Positions 11,701 to 24,548 of a stretch of DNA of 64,000 bases are shown here, piece by piece. Made by a program: the position numbers and the translations under genes. Positions within the stretch are counted from its first letter, which is position 1. Every line of letters begins with the position of its first letter. This DNA is from Mobula hypostoma (lineage: Eukaryota): positions 52,888,001-52,952,000 of the forward strand of contig NC_086097.1 in assembly GCF_963921235.1 (NCBI RefSeq), given 5' to 3'. Below the pieces are notes generated by a model that was not told where the DNA came from, did no database searches, and saw only the letters and a list, made by a program, of their open reading frames with translations.

Positions 11701-11725
11701 TAGCAATCGCTGGATACTCGTGACC

Positions 11726-12112
11726 ATGTCCCCGCAGAGCTCGGCTGCGAACGCGGGTCTGTTCTCATCATTGACGGCAGCTCCAGACAAGCCGATTGAG
11801 GCTGCGGTGCCCCCCTCAGTGGAGCTCGGCTTGACCGTGGTTTACACCGCTCTGTACTCTCTGCTTTTCCTATTCGTTTACCTGCAGCTCTGGTTGGTCT
11901 TGCACTATAAGCACAAGCGCTTCAGTTACCAGACCGTATTTTTGTTTCTCTGTCTGCTCTGGGCAGGGCTGAGGACTACCCTCTTTTCGTTTTACTTTAA
12001 AAATTGTGTCCAGGCCAATCAGTTGGAGCCTTTGCCTTACTGGCTGCTGTATTGTTTCCCTGTGTGTTTGCAGTTCTTCACGTTGTGTCTGCTAAATCTT
12101 TATTTTGCGCAG
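11726..12112 (+). CDS. GPR137C: GPR137C integral (lysosomal) membrane protein, exon 1
   Basis: accATG start. Reads MSPQSSAA...[60 protein letters not shown]...NLYFAQ|gtatgt. 387 nt. Confidence 0.93.
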
Positions 12113-14321
12113 GTATGTTTTTTTAGAAAGAAAAAGTAAAATAGAAATTAATTTTAATGCCTCCTACATGTTTTGGTGGATAATTGACATTATAATCTCT
12201 AGAAACCGCAGAGCATTAGCTAAAGCGTTGATGTACGAACTGTCTTTGTCCTTTTAATATAAAGATAACAGCCGGCTGTGTTCTGAGATGTAAATCAGAT
12301 TGTATAATGCAGATTTCAACTGTACTGGTTCCTGAGAGGGATGAAAACGTAAATATGAAAGACTTGTTTTGTTCTGGTGATATTTAAATCTCGACAGTAG
12401 GAAAAAAAAGTATTTTAACCCGTTTCATTCCGATATTAGATAAATCCCACTTATGACGTTCATTGGTTTGACCGTCTCTTCGTCTCAATGCAACGCTCAG
12501 CTGTTTATTGTAAAATCTTTTTACCGTTTTTTTAAACCTTGAAGTTGCAGCATTTTTCCCCATTCAGTGGTTACTAAAATTACAAAATGAATAGTTCCCT
12601 AAAGTGGATAGAATTGTCAATTCGTTAATCTGATGGCATTAATTTTGTTTTTTTTTAATCTAAACAATTAATGGTGTCGTCTCGCGAATGAAGCGATTGA
12701 GTTATTGACTGGCAATTGGGAGGTAGTTGACAAACGGTTATTAAACTTTTGGGAAGGATTTGGTGTAACAACCCGTTTTATGGCAATGACGTATGCACCC
12801 CAGTGTTCTGGTGTTCACGTATTTAGGGTTGTCAGCTTGGTCCTGCAAAAAGGAATATTCTAAAACTTTTAATTACAGGTAAGGAATCTATATCATGCAA
12901 TTGCAGAATTATTGCATTATTTAAAGTTTTTTCGAGAATGAGTTTGGTATCTTGTTTGCGTGTCCTTGAACAGTTAATGTTAAGAAAATATTACAAGAGA
13001 AAATTGATTTCTAGAGGCGATCCCGCGCCGAGTTTGGACCGTTGGACATCCGGCCACTGCTCCTGATTTCAATTCAACTTTTATCGTGACTAGTTATCTC
13101 CAAAAGTTGCGCAAAATGTTGAAGTAATCAATAATAGATCTCGTATTTCAGGATTATATAAACCATTACGAAAGTGTACTTCCATGTAATTTAGTAACAC
13201 TTCTATTTTTATAGAGAACCGGTGTAATAACTTTTGTCAGACATTGTACATTGGATTTATCAACCTGGTGTGTTAATATCAGTGCCCTATTGGAAAGCTG
13301 TATGCAAAACGTTGCTGTTATCTATTTGATCCGACAGAATTCCATGTTAATACCACACGTGTATGGAGACGCCCATTTCTTGCTTTCTGGACATTTCCAA
13401 ACAGTTAGTCCCCACTTTCATCTCATTAAGAGCTGTTTCGAGTCTTCAAGGATCCAAGCTTTTGGCTTGAGTAGCGCTTGCATCTTGTCTGTATCCTGCG
13501 TGTTTAAATTTCTTTTCCCCGAAGAACAGTGGGTGTTGAGCATTACATGCTTCTAACGATTTTTGCAACAAAGGGAGGTTGGGGGTTGTTTCAGGGTTAA
13601 GGGAGGAAAATGTTGGCTCCTTCAGCCGTGAGATTGATGCTGGGGCAAGCACCAGAGCATTTGACCTAGTCCTTCTGAGATCAAACAGAGGCCATAAGTG
13701 TGTTGGAGCTTTGCACAAACAGTGTTTGTTAAATAAACTTATTGAGAACAATAATTTGTAATTTGGCTTATAAACTGCAGTGCAACTGAAATTCTACAAT
13801 ACAACTGTTTAAACCCCGTTGCGTTTCTGCAAGTATTTTAATGCATTAATGGGATATCAAATAATACTGATATTAGATTGAAGCATTTATCTGCTTGGTA
13901 GACAATTATTGACACTGGTCTGTAGAAAGATATTGGTTCCGTGCTAGGAGTGGCCAGCGCTTAGCACCTGTCACTGGAACCTATCATAGTCTTTGATTTG
14001 TACTTGTAAGATGAGATGAAAATCAGGCATTAATGGATAACCTTTTACAGTTTTTGGATTGAATCTCAGTTTTTGCTGAGTGCAAATGTAGCTTTCAAAT
14101 CTGTAAATTAGTATCTAAAGGACTAAAATCTTCTGAGCTATTGATGTTCTGTGTTTATTTACGTTATTACACAGTGCAAAGCTCTTTACAAACACTTCTA
14201 CAGGTCTAAAGCTCCTTCCAATTATTAAGGCAAGAGTTTACATCTTCCATCCTCACTGGGTGATGAAATAAATTACATTTGACTTGTGAATCCCTAAAAC
14301 TGAAAACATTAAATGTTATTA

Positions 14322-16513
14322 CAACAAAATGGTGCAAATGCTTGGCATGAGAGAAGAGCTTGCCAATGTAGTTTGGAGAAGGATATTGGCAGGCATGACT
14401 GCAGAGCACAGATGGCTGAAGTGTCTGGGACTAGATCACAAGGTGCAGGACAGGCATGTCCCATAGAGAAAAAAGTTCTTAAATGGCAAGATGACTGTGG
14501 CTGACAAAGGAAGTTAAAGACTGCATAACAGCCAAGGAATGGGCATAATAAGGTAGCAAAAGTGAGTGGGAAATTGGATGATTGGGAAGATATTAAAATC
14601 GAACAAAAGGCAACTTTAAAAAAAGCTCTAATAAGGGAAAAGATTACATATGAGGGCAAACTAGCCAATAATATAACGCAGGATACCAAAAGTTTTTTTT
14701 TCAGTTGTATAAAGAGTAAAAGGGAGGTGAGTTGATATTGGACCACTGGAAAATGATGTAGGTGAGATAGTAGTGGGGGACAAAGAAGTGGCAGATGAAC
14801 TTAATGGGTACTTTCTTCTGTCTTTACTGTGGAAGACACCAGTAGTGTGCTAGAGATGCAGGGAATGCCATTGCTATCACAAAGGAAAAAGTGCTAGACA
14901 AACTCAAAGGTCTTAAGGTGGATAAGTCGCCTGGACCAGACGGACTACATCCCAGAGTCCTCAGAGGTTGCTGAAGAGATAACCGATAAATTGGTCATGA
15001 TCTTTCAAGAATCACTTGATTCCGGCTTGGTCCCGGAGGACTGAAAAATTGCAAATGTCACTCCACTCCTTAAGGGAGGAAGGCAAAAGAAAGGAAATTA
15101 TAGGTCAGTTAACCTAACCTCAGTGCTTGGAAAAATGTTGGAATCCATTATTAAGGATGAGGTTTTGGGGTACTTTGAGACAAAATGATAAAATAAGTCA
15201 AAGTCAGCACGGTTTCTGTAAAGGGAAATCTTGCCTGACAGATCTGTTGGAGTTCTTCGAGGAACTAACAAGCAGCATGGACAAAGGAGAGGCAGTGGAT
15301 GTCATTTACTTGTGTTTCAGAAGGCATTTGATAAGGTGCCCCACAAGAGGCTGCTTAACAAGAAAATCCCATGATGTTACAGGAAAGATACTGGCATGTG
15401 TAGAGGAATGGCTGGTAGGCAGGAGACAGCAAGTGGGAATAAAAGTGGCCTTTTCTGGTTGGCTGCCAGTGACCAGTGGTGCTCCTCAGGGGTCAGTATT
15501 GGGACCGCTACTTTTCACATTGTTTGTCAATGATTTGGATAATGGAATTGATAGTTTTGTGACAAGGTTTGCAGATGTTGAGAAGATGGGTGGAGGTGTC
15601 GGTGGTGCTGAAGAAGCAATGCGATTGCAGTGAGATTTAGACAAATTAGAAGAATGTGCAAAAAAGTAGCAGATGGAATACAGTGTTGGGAAATACTGTA
15701 TACAATTATGCATTTTGGTAAAAGGAACAATAGTATGGACTATTATCTAAATGGGGAGAATGTTCAAACATAAGAGGTGCAGAGAGACATGGGAGTCCTC
15801 GTGCAAGATTCCCAGATGGTTAATTTGTGGGTTGAGCCTGTGGTAAAGAAGGCAAATGCAATATTGGCATTTATTTCAAGGGGAATAGAATATGAAAGCA
15901 AGGAGATAATGCTGAGGCGTTATAAGACACTAGTCAGGCTACACGGAGTATTGTCAATAGTTCTGGGTCCCATATCTCAGAAAAGATGTGTTCTCATTGG
16001 AGAGTCCAGAGGAGGTTTGTGAGGGTGATTCTAGGAATGAAAGGGATTCTAGGAATGAAAGGGTTAATGTATGAGTAGCATTTGGCAGCTTTGGGCTTGT
16101 ACTCACTGGAATTTAGAAGAATGCATGGGGACCTCATTGAAACCTATCAAATATTGAAAGGATGAGATAAGGTGGATATGGAGAGGATGTTTCCTATGGT
16201 GGGGGTATCCAGAACTAGAGGGCACAGCCTCAAAATTGAGGAGAAACTTTTCAGAACAGAGGTAAGGAATATTTTTTTTTAGCCAGAGAGTAGTGAATCT
16301 GTGGAATGCTCTGCTATAGTCTGCAGTGGAGGCCAAGTCTATGGGTATATTTAAGGTGGAAGTTGATAGTTTCCTGATTGGTCAGGGCGTCAAAGGATAT
16401 GGTGAGAAGGCAGGTGTATGGGGTTGAGTGGGATCTGGGATCAGCCATGATGAAATGGCAGAATAGACTCAATGGGTTGAATGGCCTAATTCTGCTCCCA
16501 TGTCTTATGGTCT
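14322..16513 (+). mobile_element. CR1 LINE ORF2 remnant (RT) with 3' end
   Basis: SQHGFCKGKSCLTDLLEFFEE, GAPQGSVLGPLLF and FAD motifs; many stops and frameshifts. Confidence 0.92.
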
Positions 16514-16939
16514 GGGACTGATAAACTGAATTACTGTTTTTTTGGCAAAGTCAAAAGGGGCCCTGAATGTAAGAACAGTTAAACCTTGCATTGAAAACGA
16601 ACAAAAAGCTTGCTGTTTTAACATGAATATTCCATCCCTTGTATTCAAAGGGATGTAATTTAAGTCTTCAAAACCCTGAATTAATACAATTATTAAAAAT
16701 ACAATCTCTTCTTTCTATGGGTTTAGGTATCACCATCTGAAATAGCACAACTTCTACCTATATGGAAAGCAAAGCTATCAGCTATGATTTTAAAACAGTC
16801 ATGTCTATCCCATTCTTACTTGCATTTTTAAATTTGCTTTTCTTCAATGGGAAACAAATTTTTCATTTTTAAGTCTATAAACAGTTAACCCCACGTTGCT
16901 AATTGTTGAATTACTGTATTCCTGTGAAATACATTAGGT

Positions 16940-17100
16940 GCATTAGAAACATTTAAGATACCCTAGATAGGCACATGGATGATAGACAAGTAGAGGGTTA
17001 TGTGGGTGGGGAAGGATTAGATTGATCTTAGAGTAGGTTAAAAGGTTGGCATAACATTGTGGGTTAGAGGGCCTGTATGGTGTTGCTATGTTCTATGCAT
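16940..17100 (+). mobile_element. CR1-related 3' end fragment
   Basis: Resembles the 3' end of the 54150 and 58215 subfamilies (ggcctgtatggtgttgctatgttctatg). Confidence 0.6.
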
Positions 17101-19804
17101 GTTTAAGTTATTCTCCTAAATAAAATGCATGTTGTTTTAAAGTACTGGTCTACTCCCTTGGCAACTGATATTTTTCTGAAGTGTGTAGAGCAGGAAGGGC
17201 CATATGGGAATGAGAAGAATAAAATGAGCTGGAGGAAGCAGGAGACGAGAAGGATAAATTTTCTCCATAAAACATTTGGATTCAATTTAATTTTGTCAAT
17301 TTTAGCATCATTTTTACCATAGACTCTGAAAATCTTCAGCTAAGAAATTCACTTTCTTAAAACTCATTTGGCAGTCACTTTCCTCAAAAATAGCCAGCCG
17401 GCTCCTTTCCTTGCAAGCTTTCCAGCCATGCTGGGTTGAACTTGGAGTTAGCAATTTGGCCTCATAAAACAGTCAAACACTGAAGAAATGGCCAGGTTGC
17501 AGCCCCGTCTGATTAGCCAGTGGGGCATGGGAGGATAATACTTTCTTCAAAAGTCAACCCTAACCATTCAAAGTGCTCCATCTCCTCTGTTCTTGGTTAA
17601 TTAAAATTCCACACCCTTCCTAACTCACCAAGTTCAGATAGTTTTATATCCTTCCTACAGATGTGCATGCTTGTACTTTTGCCCTAATGCAGACTAGAAT
17701 CTCCAACTTTTATGTCAGCATTCATTTTCCATTTTTCCAGATTTTGGATTGCTAGAAACCATTTATAAGTAATTGTAGAAAAGGCAGCTGTAAATTTAGT
17801 GGTAAAATCAAAGGGTGAATGACCTCCTCTGTTTTTCTGAATTGAATCTGGCAATTTCCTTACATCACCCATTTAAGTTAATCATATTGGACACTCTAGG
17901 CTTTCCCATCTCCTTCCCATTTGCTCTTCACACCATGGCACTGCTAAGGGATTCCCCTATTTCATTAAAATTTCTTCTTGCCCCAGCACGTTTCCTTCCC
18001 AGCAAAAACGTTCTGCTGGAGGAGCTCAGTGTGTTGTCCAGTGTTTGTGGGGGGTGGGAATTGTATTCAAGCCGGACATGTTGACTTTTCATATCTAAAC
18101 TCTGCAATTCCAGGTACACACCTTGACTAACTGAGTTCATCAGGTGAATTTTGTTGCTGCAGGTTCCAGCATTTAGCCTCTTGTCTCCACATTTGCTCCC
18201 CAAATTCACTTGCTATTTTCTAACAGAATTGTTTTATCTATAAATTCCAGAAATATGCTGTGGCTATTGATTTCTGCTTATGTAAACATCCCTTCCTATT
18301 TTGCCTTTCTCAACCTTTTTGTCCTAGAGAAACACTTGAAATAATGTTCAGGTCTTGGGGTGGGGGGGGATAAATAAATTATTATATCTATAACTCACAT
18401 TACGTTAGTGTGATCAGTAAGTTGTAGATATACTAATCCAAAAATAATTGCCAATACTCTTTTAAGTAGAGAATGAATTTCTAGCCAACCTTTCTTGGGG
18501 TGGGGCGGGGGGCGGGGGGACAGATAGTTAAGCTTAGCTTGCCTTTCTTGAAATCTTTTTCCCTTCCATAAATTTTTAAACTCGTATGGCAAACATAATA
18601 AATTTCTGTCAAATAACTGGCTTAAGCCAAAATGGGTTTTAATTTGTTAAAAGGTAGGTTTGGTAAATTTAAATTTTCTACTACACGGGTAGAGTTTGTT
18701 TACTCCATAAGTCAGTTGGCAATGTGTAAGGGCAAGTTGAAGGTAATTTGGGAGGGAGAGGCTGATGTCATAGCCCAAGTTGGGCGAGTCTATTCAAAAC
18801 TCAGAAAACACACTTCATGCTCCTTATCAGCCTATCGCCCTCCCCTCCATGCAATACAGCGCTCGCCAATTATCAACAGCTTCCCCTATCTTGCATCAAA
18901 AACTGAGAATGGACTCAACCAAGTAAACATGGTCCTACTACACGCTGCCATACTGAGCTGAGATTGCTAATGGCTCTACTCAGTCACTGTCCACCACTGC
19001 AAGCACTAGCATCATGCGTTGCACAAAGTTCAAAAAACAATGTTTATAGTTTTAATCACAATCTCTTGCGGAACCCCAGTTGAGAAACCCTGGTGTAGTG
19101 GTTGGAATGGCCAGAAGCAACATCTGATAAATTGTGTTGATACAATTTTCACAGATGTAGAGAGATTACATTCTGAAATTACACATCAAATGTGGAAAGT
19201 TAGAACAAAAAGGAAAAGCAAATTTGACTTTTTAGAAAGTTGTATGCTGTTCTGAATGTAGTTGTAATCAGTGCACTGATTATTTTTCACAAGTTGCATT
19301 TCTTAATGGTTTCAAAGTAAACATTGTTTATCAGTTAACTGTTTAGCTTGTGTAATTAACAAAGATCTTGCCTGATTTCATTGGGCAATTACTGCATAAT
19401 TATCCTCCTAAGGATAATTAAGTGAAGAGTGACTACTATTAGAAATAAGCAGTCAGTCAGGAAACGGTTTTGCATTGGCTAAACATTTCGTATTCTGCTG
19501 TCTGCAAATTGGAATACTGTAGTTCCAATTTGTGGAATTATGTGACTTGCAAAATAAAATATTACATAATGCTCTGTACTGAGTCAATAGAAGTTGAATC
19601 CAGTTTCCGGCTCATTTCTACTGTAGCCAGACTTGCCTTCAGCAACTAACAAATCAAGATACAATTTGTTGGTGAATGTATTACATACTTACTACCCGTT
19701 TCCAACCCATACAAGTTGGTCCCATTGTCAATGCAAACCATTGAATACTTTCTGGGTTTAGATGAACACTCTAGGTCAATAATGAACTGTCAGCTTTGTT
19801 TTTT

Positions 19805-20610
19805 TTATTCATTTATAAGATGTAGACATCATCAGCATTTATTGCCCATCCCTAGTTGCCCTTGAGAGGATGGTGATGAGCTGCCTTCTTGAACCACTGC
19901 AGTCCCTGAGGTGTAGATACACTCACAGTGCTGTTAGGGAGGGAATTCCAGGATTTTGATCCAGCGACAAATGACTTGGCGATATGTTTCCAAGTCAGGA
20001 CAGTGAGTGACTTGGAGGGGGATTCCCAAGTGGTGGTGTTCCCAGGTATCTGCTGTTCTCGTCCACCTAGATGGTAGTGGTCGTGGGTCTGGAAGGTGCA
20101 GCCTTAGGAACTTTGTGTTATTGCAGTGCATCTTGTAGATAGTACACACTGTTGCAACTGTTTGTTGATGGTGGTGGATTGGATGCTCGTGGAAGGGGTA
20201 CCAATCAAGTGGGCTGCCTTGTACTGGATGGTGTCAAGCTTGAGTGTTGATGGAGCTGCACTCATCCAGGTGAGTGGCAAGTATTCCATTACACTCCTGA
20301 CCCGAGCCTTGTAGATGGTGGACAGGATTTGGGGAGACAAGAAGTGAGTTGCACACCGCAGGATTCCTAGCCTTTAATCTGCTCTGGTAGCCAGGGCGTT
20401 TATGTGGCTAGATCAGCTCAGTTTCCTATCAATGGTAACCTCCAGGATGTAGATAGTAGGAGATTCAGTAGTGATGCCATTGAATGTCAAGGGACGATGG
20501 TTAGTGCCTCTCTTGTTGGAGATGGTCATTGTCCGGCACTTGCAAGGCTGGAATGTTACTTCCACTTGTCAGTCCAAACCTGGATATTGTCGAGCTCCTA
20601 CTGCATTTGT
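19805..20610 (-). mobile_element. Non-LTR LINE (CR1/L2 group) 3' fragment
   Basis: ILSTIYKARVRSVMEYLPLTWMSAA...LDTIQYKAAHLIG; A-rich tail with AATAAA on the minus strand. Confidence 0.7.
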
Positions 20611-20889
20611 GAAAACCAGAAACAATTTTACTTTTCAGGGGAAATGCTTACAAAGGTGAATGAGGTGGAGTTGGTCAGATTTGGAGGGGAAATTGGAGTT
20701 TATATGGAGATTTGGAATTTATATGTATATAAATTGCATCTCATGACTTTAGTGTGAGCTCTTAATTCCTTGTATGTTGTTGTGCATCCAATCATCTGAG
20801 AGACTGCAACAAGTTGGATGGGTTGCTTATCCAGATTTTAGTGCTTTTGGTAAAGAACTGTGGGGGAACTTTTGAACAGTTTTAGGAGC

Positions 20890-21285
20890 AATCATGTCAA
20901 TAAACCCTTGGAGGCAAGGTCATCATTATGTGCTATGTCATATGTGTGCAATCATGCTCTATGACCACGATTGTTCTTGGCAAATTCTACAGAGTGGCCT
21001 GCCTTTGCCACCTTCTGGGCGGTCTCTTTATAAGACAGGTGACCCCAACCATTATCAATATTCTTCAGAGATTGTCTGCCTGGTGTCAGTGGTCACATAA
21101 TCAGAGCTTGTGATGTGTACCAGCTACTCATTTAACCATCCACCAGCTGGTCCCATGGCTTTAGGTGACCCTGATTGAGGGACTAAACAGTGCTACACCT
21201 TGCCCGAGGGTGGCTGCAGGCTAGCAGAGGAAAGGAGTGCCTTGCACCTCCTTTGGTAGAGACATATCTCCAGCTTGCCACCCAA
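20890..21285. repeat. Unclassified interspersed repeat; second copy at 28361-28465 plus 29065-29330
   Basis: Clear similarity between the two copies (caatcatgtcaataaacc...ataagacaggtgacccca...). Confidence 0.8.
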
Positions 21286-22924
21286 TAAAACAAGGTAGTC
21301 CCTGCATCGTTATCCCTCTTCTGAAAGATATATTTTAATTATATATTTTAGACACATGCTTTACTGATGAGGTGATTAAGGAAGCATTTTGTGTCATAGT
21401 GCATGATTTATTATCATTCATAGACAATGTATCAAGCCTTAATCCTTCAGATTAAGATTACTCAGATTTATTTCTCAGTAGTCCTGTTAGTATTTTAAAT
21501 AATGAGCCCATGGGGCTTACTAGTTATGGAAGTTAATTGATGTCTTTTTATATTGGTGGTCAGAAGGAAGCAAAGGAGGTCAGATAAGAAGTCTGTTTAT
21601 TCATTACTCATGAAGGGTCTTTCTGTATTTGCCAATCCTTCGGAACACATTATTTTCAGAGGAAGCATTGTATCTTTTACCAGGAAGAACTCTACAGTCA
21701 TTTCTTCACTTCAGTGTGTGATTGTTCACAACCCCAAAAGTTTTATTACCAGGTGATGCGTCTTATTTTTATGAATTGGTTTCAGAATTTGGAGCTTATA
21801 ACCAATTGTTTTTTTTTAACCTCATTATGGACCATTGTTAGCAATACTTGAATCCACTCGAGCTGCGGAGAGATTGAATTGGATTTGAGTATTTCCACAC
21901 TTCCTTGAACTAGCAAATCTAGCAACCTGGTGTTTCATTAGAGAAACAAAGGTAGATTTATAAGTATTAGCAGATCCTATAATGTGCTTCCCCTTCTCCC
22001 TCTTTTGGTGTTATACTACCATTCCCTAAGTGTCAGTGAACTTTTCTCAGGGACCCTGCTTGTCGGTGCCCATGCTCGTGAAAAGTGACTTGTGTTGGTA
22101 TCAAGCAGTAGTAAATCAAAGCAACTGGACTTGCTGTGTTGTCTAGAAGACGCTTTGCCACTCATCCAAGAGGCTTCTTCACTTCTAATCCATGGTGGGT
22201 AGTTCGCTGGCTTTTAAACTTGAGTTGTTTAAAGGTATAGCAATTGTAGAAGCTATCTTTGTCGAACCGGAAAACCCATCCCTGAACAGGGGGTGGGATA
22301 CAACGTTACCTATCGGCTACTTACAATGCAGTCCTCACATCTCTACCCCGGCGTCTCCACAACAGTTCACACATCCATTCATGCAAAAATAAGACTAATG
22401 ACCCTCCCATTACCTCTACAACGCTTAAAGACCCTCATTTTCATTTTTAAAATCTTTTTATTGATATATAATCTTCTACAGCTATAAAGTACAAACGTTC
22501 AACAAATTAGTATTTATATAATTAATAAAGCTGAAAAAAACTTGTATATGCTAATGAAAAAGAAATTTTATATAAGAAACAGATCGTTTTATGAAGCCTC
22601 TATTTCCTTAATTCTTAAAAAGAATAAAGATCCTACTGATTGTGCATCATACAGACCGATATCTCTTCTGAATGTAGACTCTAAAATTTTTTCAAAAATT
22701 CTAGCAACTAGACTGGAGAAGGTGTTACCTCAAATTATTTCCATGGATCAAACCGGATTTATTAAAAATCGCTATTCATCCTTTAATATTAGGAGGTTAA
22801 TGAATATTGTTTACACCCCCTCATTTACTACCCCGGAATGTACTATCTCATTAGATGCTGAGAAAGCCTTTGACAGAGTTGAATCGCCTTATTTATTTAA
22901 TGTTCTTGAGAAATTTAATTTTAA

Positions 22925-23035
22925 TTTGACATTTATATCTTGGATTAAATTGTTATTTTACTTTGACATTTATATCTTGGATTAAATTGTTATTTTACTT
23001 TGACATTTATATCTTGGATTAAATTGTTATTTTAC
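22925..23035 (+). repeat. 3 x 37-bp perfect tandem repeat inside the L1 RT
   Basis: tttgacatttatatcttggattaaattgttattttac repeated three times. Confidence 0.95.
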
Positions 23036-24219
23036 TCCCCGGTAGCCTCGGTTTGTACAAATAATTATAGATCTCCTTTTTTTCGTCTTTTTCGTGGTAC
23101 TAGGCAAGGTTGCCCTCTTAGTCCTTTACTATTTAATATTGCTCTTGAACCTTTAGCAATTGCTGTTCGTGACTCGCCAAATATTGTTGGTATTACCCAT
23201 GGAAACGAAATACATAAATTATCATTATATGCAGATGATTTGTTGTTATACATCTCTAACCCGGAGAAGTCAATTCCTGCTATCCTAGATCTGTTAGCTC
23301 AATTTAGTAACTTCTCTGGTTGCAAATTGAATCTTAGTAAGAGTGAATTATTCCCTTTAAATAAGCATGTACCTAATTATGGACGTTTACCATTTAAATT
23401 GGTTACTGATTCATTTATATATTTAGGGATAACAATTACGAAAAAATATAAAGATTTATTTAAAGCTAATTTTTTTACCTTTAATTGATCAGATTAAATT
23501 TTTATTTACCAAATGGTCCCCAATCTCTTTGTCTTTGATTGGTCGGATTAATGCTATTAAGATGATCATTTTGCCCAAATTTTTGTACATATTCCAATCG
23601 GTACCAATTTTTATCCCAAAATCTTTTTTTGATAACGTAGATTCAAAAATTTCCTCATATATTTGGCAGAATAAAAATCCTAGGTTAGGTAAAGGGTATC
23701 TACAGAAATCTAAAAAGGAGGGGGGGCTCGCCCTCCCAAATTTTAGATTCTATTATTGGGCAATTAATATTCGATATTTAAAATTTTGGTTACAAGATTT
23801 GGACGCATCTTTAAACCCTCATTGGGTAAATCTTGAATCTAGTTCATTACAAGGGTTTTCCTTGGGTTCGGTTTTAGGAACTTTACTTCCTTTTACTTCT
23901 GTTAAATCATATAAACAAATGAACATCCCAATAGTTAAGCATACTTTACGTATATGGTTTCAATTCCGAAGATATTTTGGGTTTAATCAATTTATTCTAG
24001 CAAGTCCCATTATATCAAATTTTCTTTTTCAACCTTCCACGATGGATCAAGCTTACTTTGATTGGAAAACCAAAGGTATAATATTTTTAAGCAACATACA
24101 TCAAAGTTGCTGGTGAACGCAGCAGGCCAAGCAGCATCCATAGGAAGAGGTGCAGTCGACGTTTCAGGCCGAGACCCTTTGTCAGGACTAACTGAAGGAA
24201 CCTAACCTAACCTTCAGTT

Positions 24220-24255
24220 AGTCCTGACGAAGGGTCTCGGCCTGAAACGTCGACT
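24220..24255 (+). ncRNA. Minimal hammerhead ribozyme motif; predicted cleavage after 24251
   Basis: AGTC-CTGACGA-AGGGTCTCGGCCT-GAAAC-GTC^GACT. Confidence 0.75.
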
Positions 24256-24512
24256 GCACCTCTTCCTATGGATGCTGCTTGGCCTGCTACGTTCACCAGC
24301 AACTTTGATGTATGTTGCTTGAATTTCCAGCATCTGCAGAATTCCTGTTGTTTGCGTTTAAATTCACTACTGCGAAGCCTCTTCCGGTGATGCCTACACC
24401 GAAGAAGTTTAGATCCTCTCTTCGACGGGAGTTCAGTGAAACCATCTCTCACTGCTCCCCATCTGTAATTTCATCGGCTCTTCAACTTTTCGACCACACA
24501 CTTCCTTCAGTT

Positions 24513-24548
24513 AGTCCTGATGAAGGGTCTCGGCCTGAAACGTCGACT
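24513..24548 (+). ncRNA. Minimal hammerhead ribozyme motif; predicted cleavage after 24544
   Basis: AGTC-CTGATGA-AGGGTCTCGGCCT-GAAAC-GTC^GACT. Confidence 0.75.

Noticed and set aside
11585..11725. 47-codon in-frame N-terminal extension of GPR137C in the ORF track
   Set aside because: It starts among promoter motifs and crosses a poly-T run. The ATG at 11726 has A at -3 and gives a protein of the expected length.
16027..16062. 18-bp tandem duplication in a CR1
   Set aside because: An ordinary slippage mutation in a dead element.
19060..19092. gttgagaaaccctg, resembling a hAT-Charlie terminus
   Set aside because: I could not find the matching left TIR or a TSD.
22925..23035. 37-bp repeats as a possible CRISPR array
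   Set aside because: There are no spacers, the context is eukaryotic, and the repeat lies inside an L1 RT.
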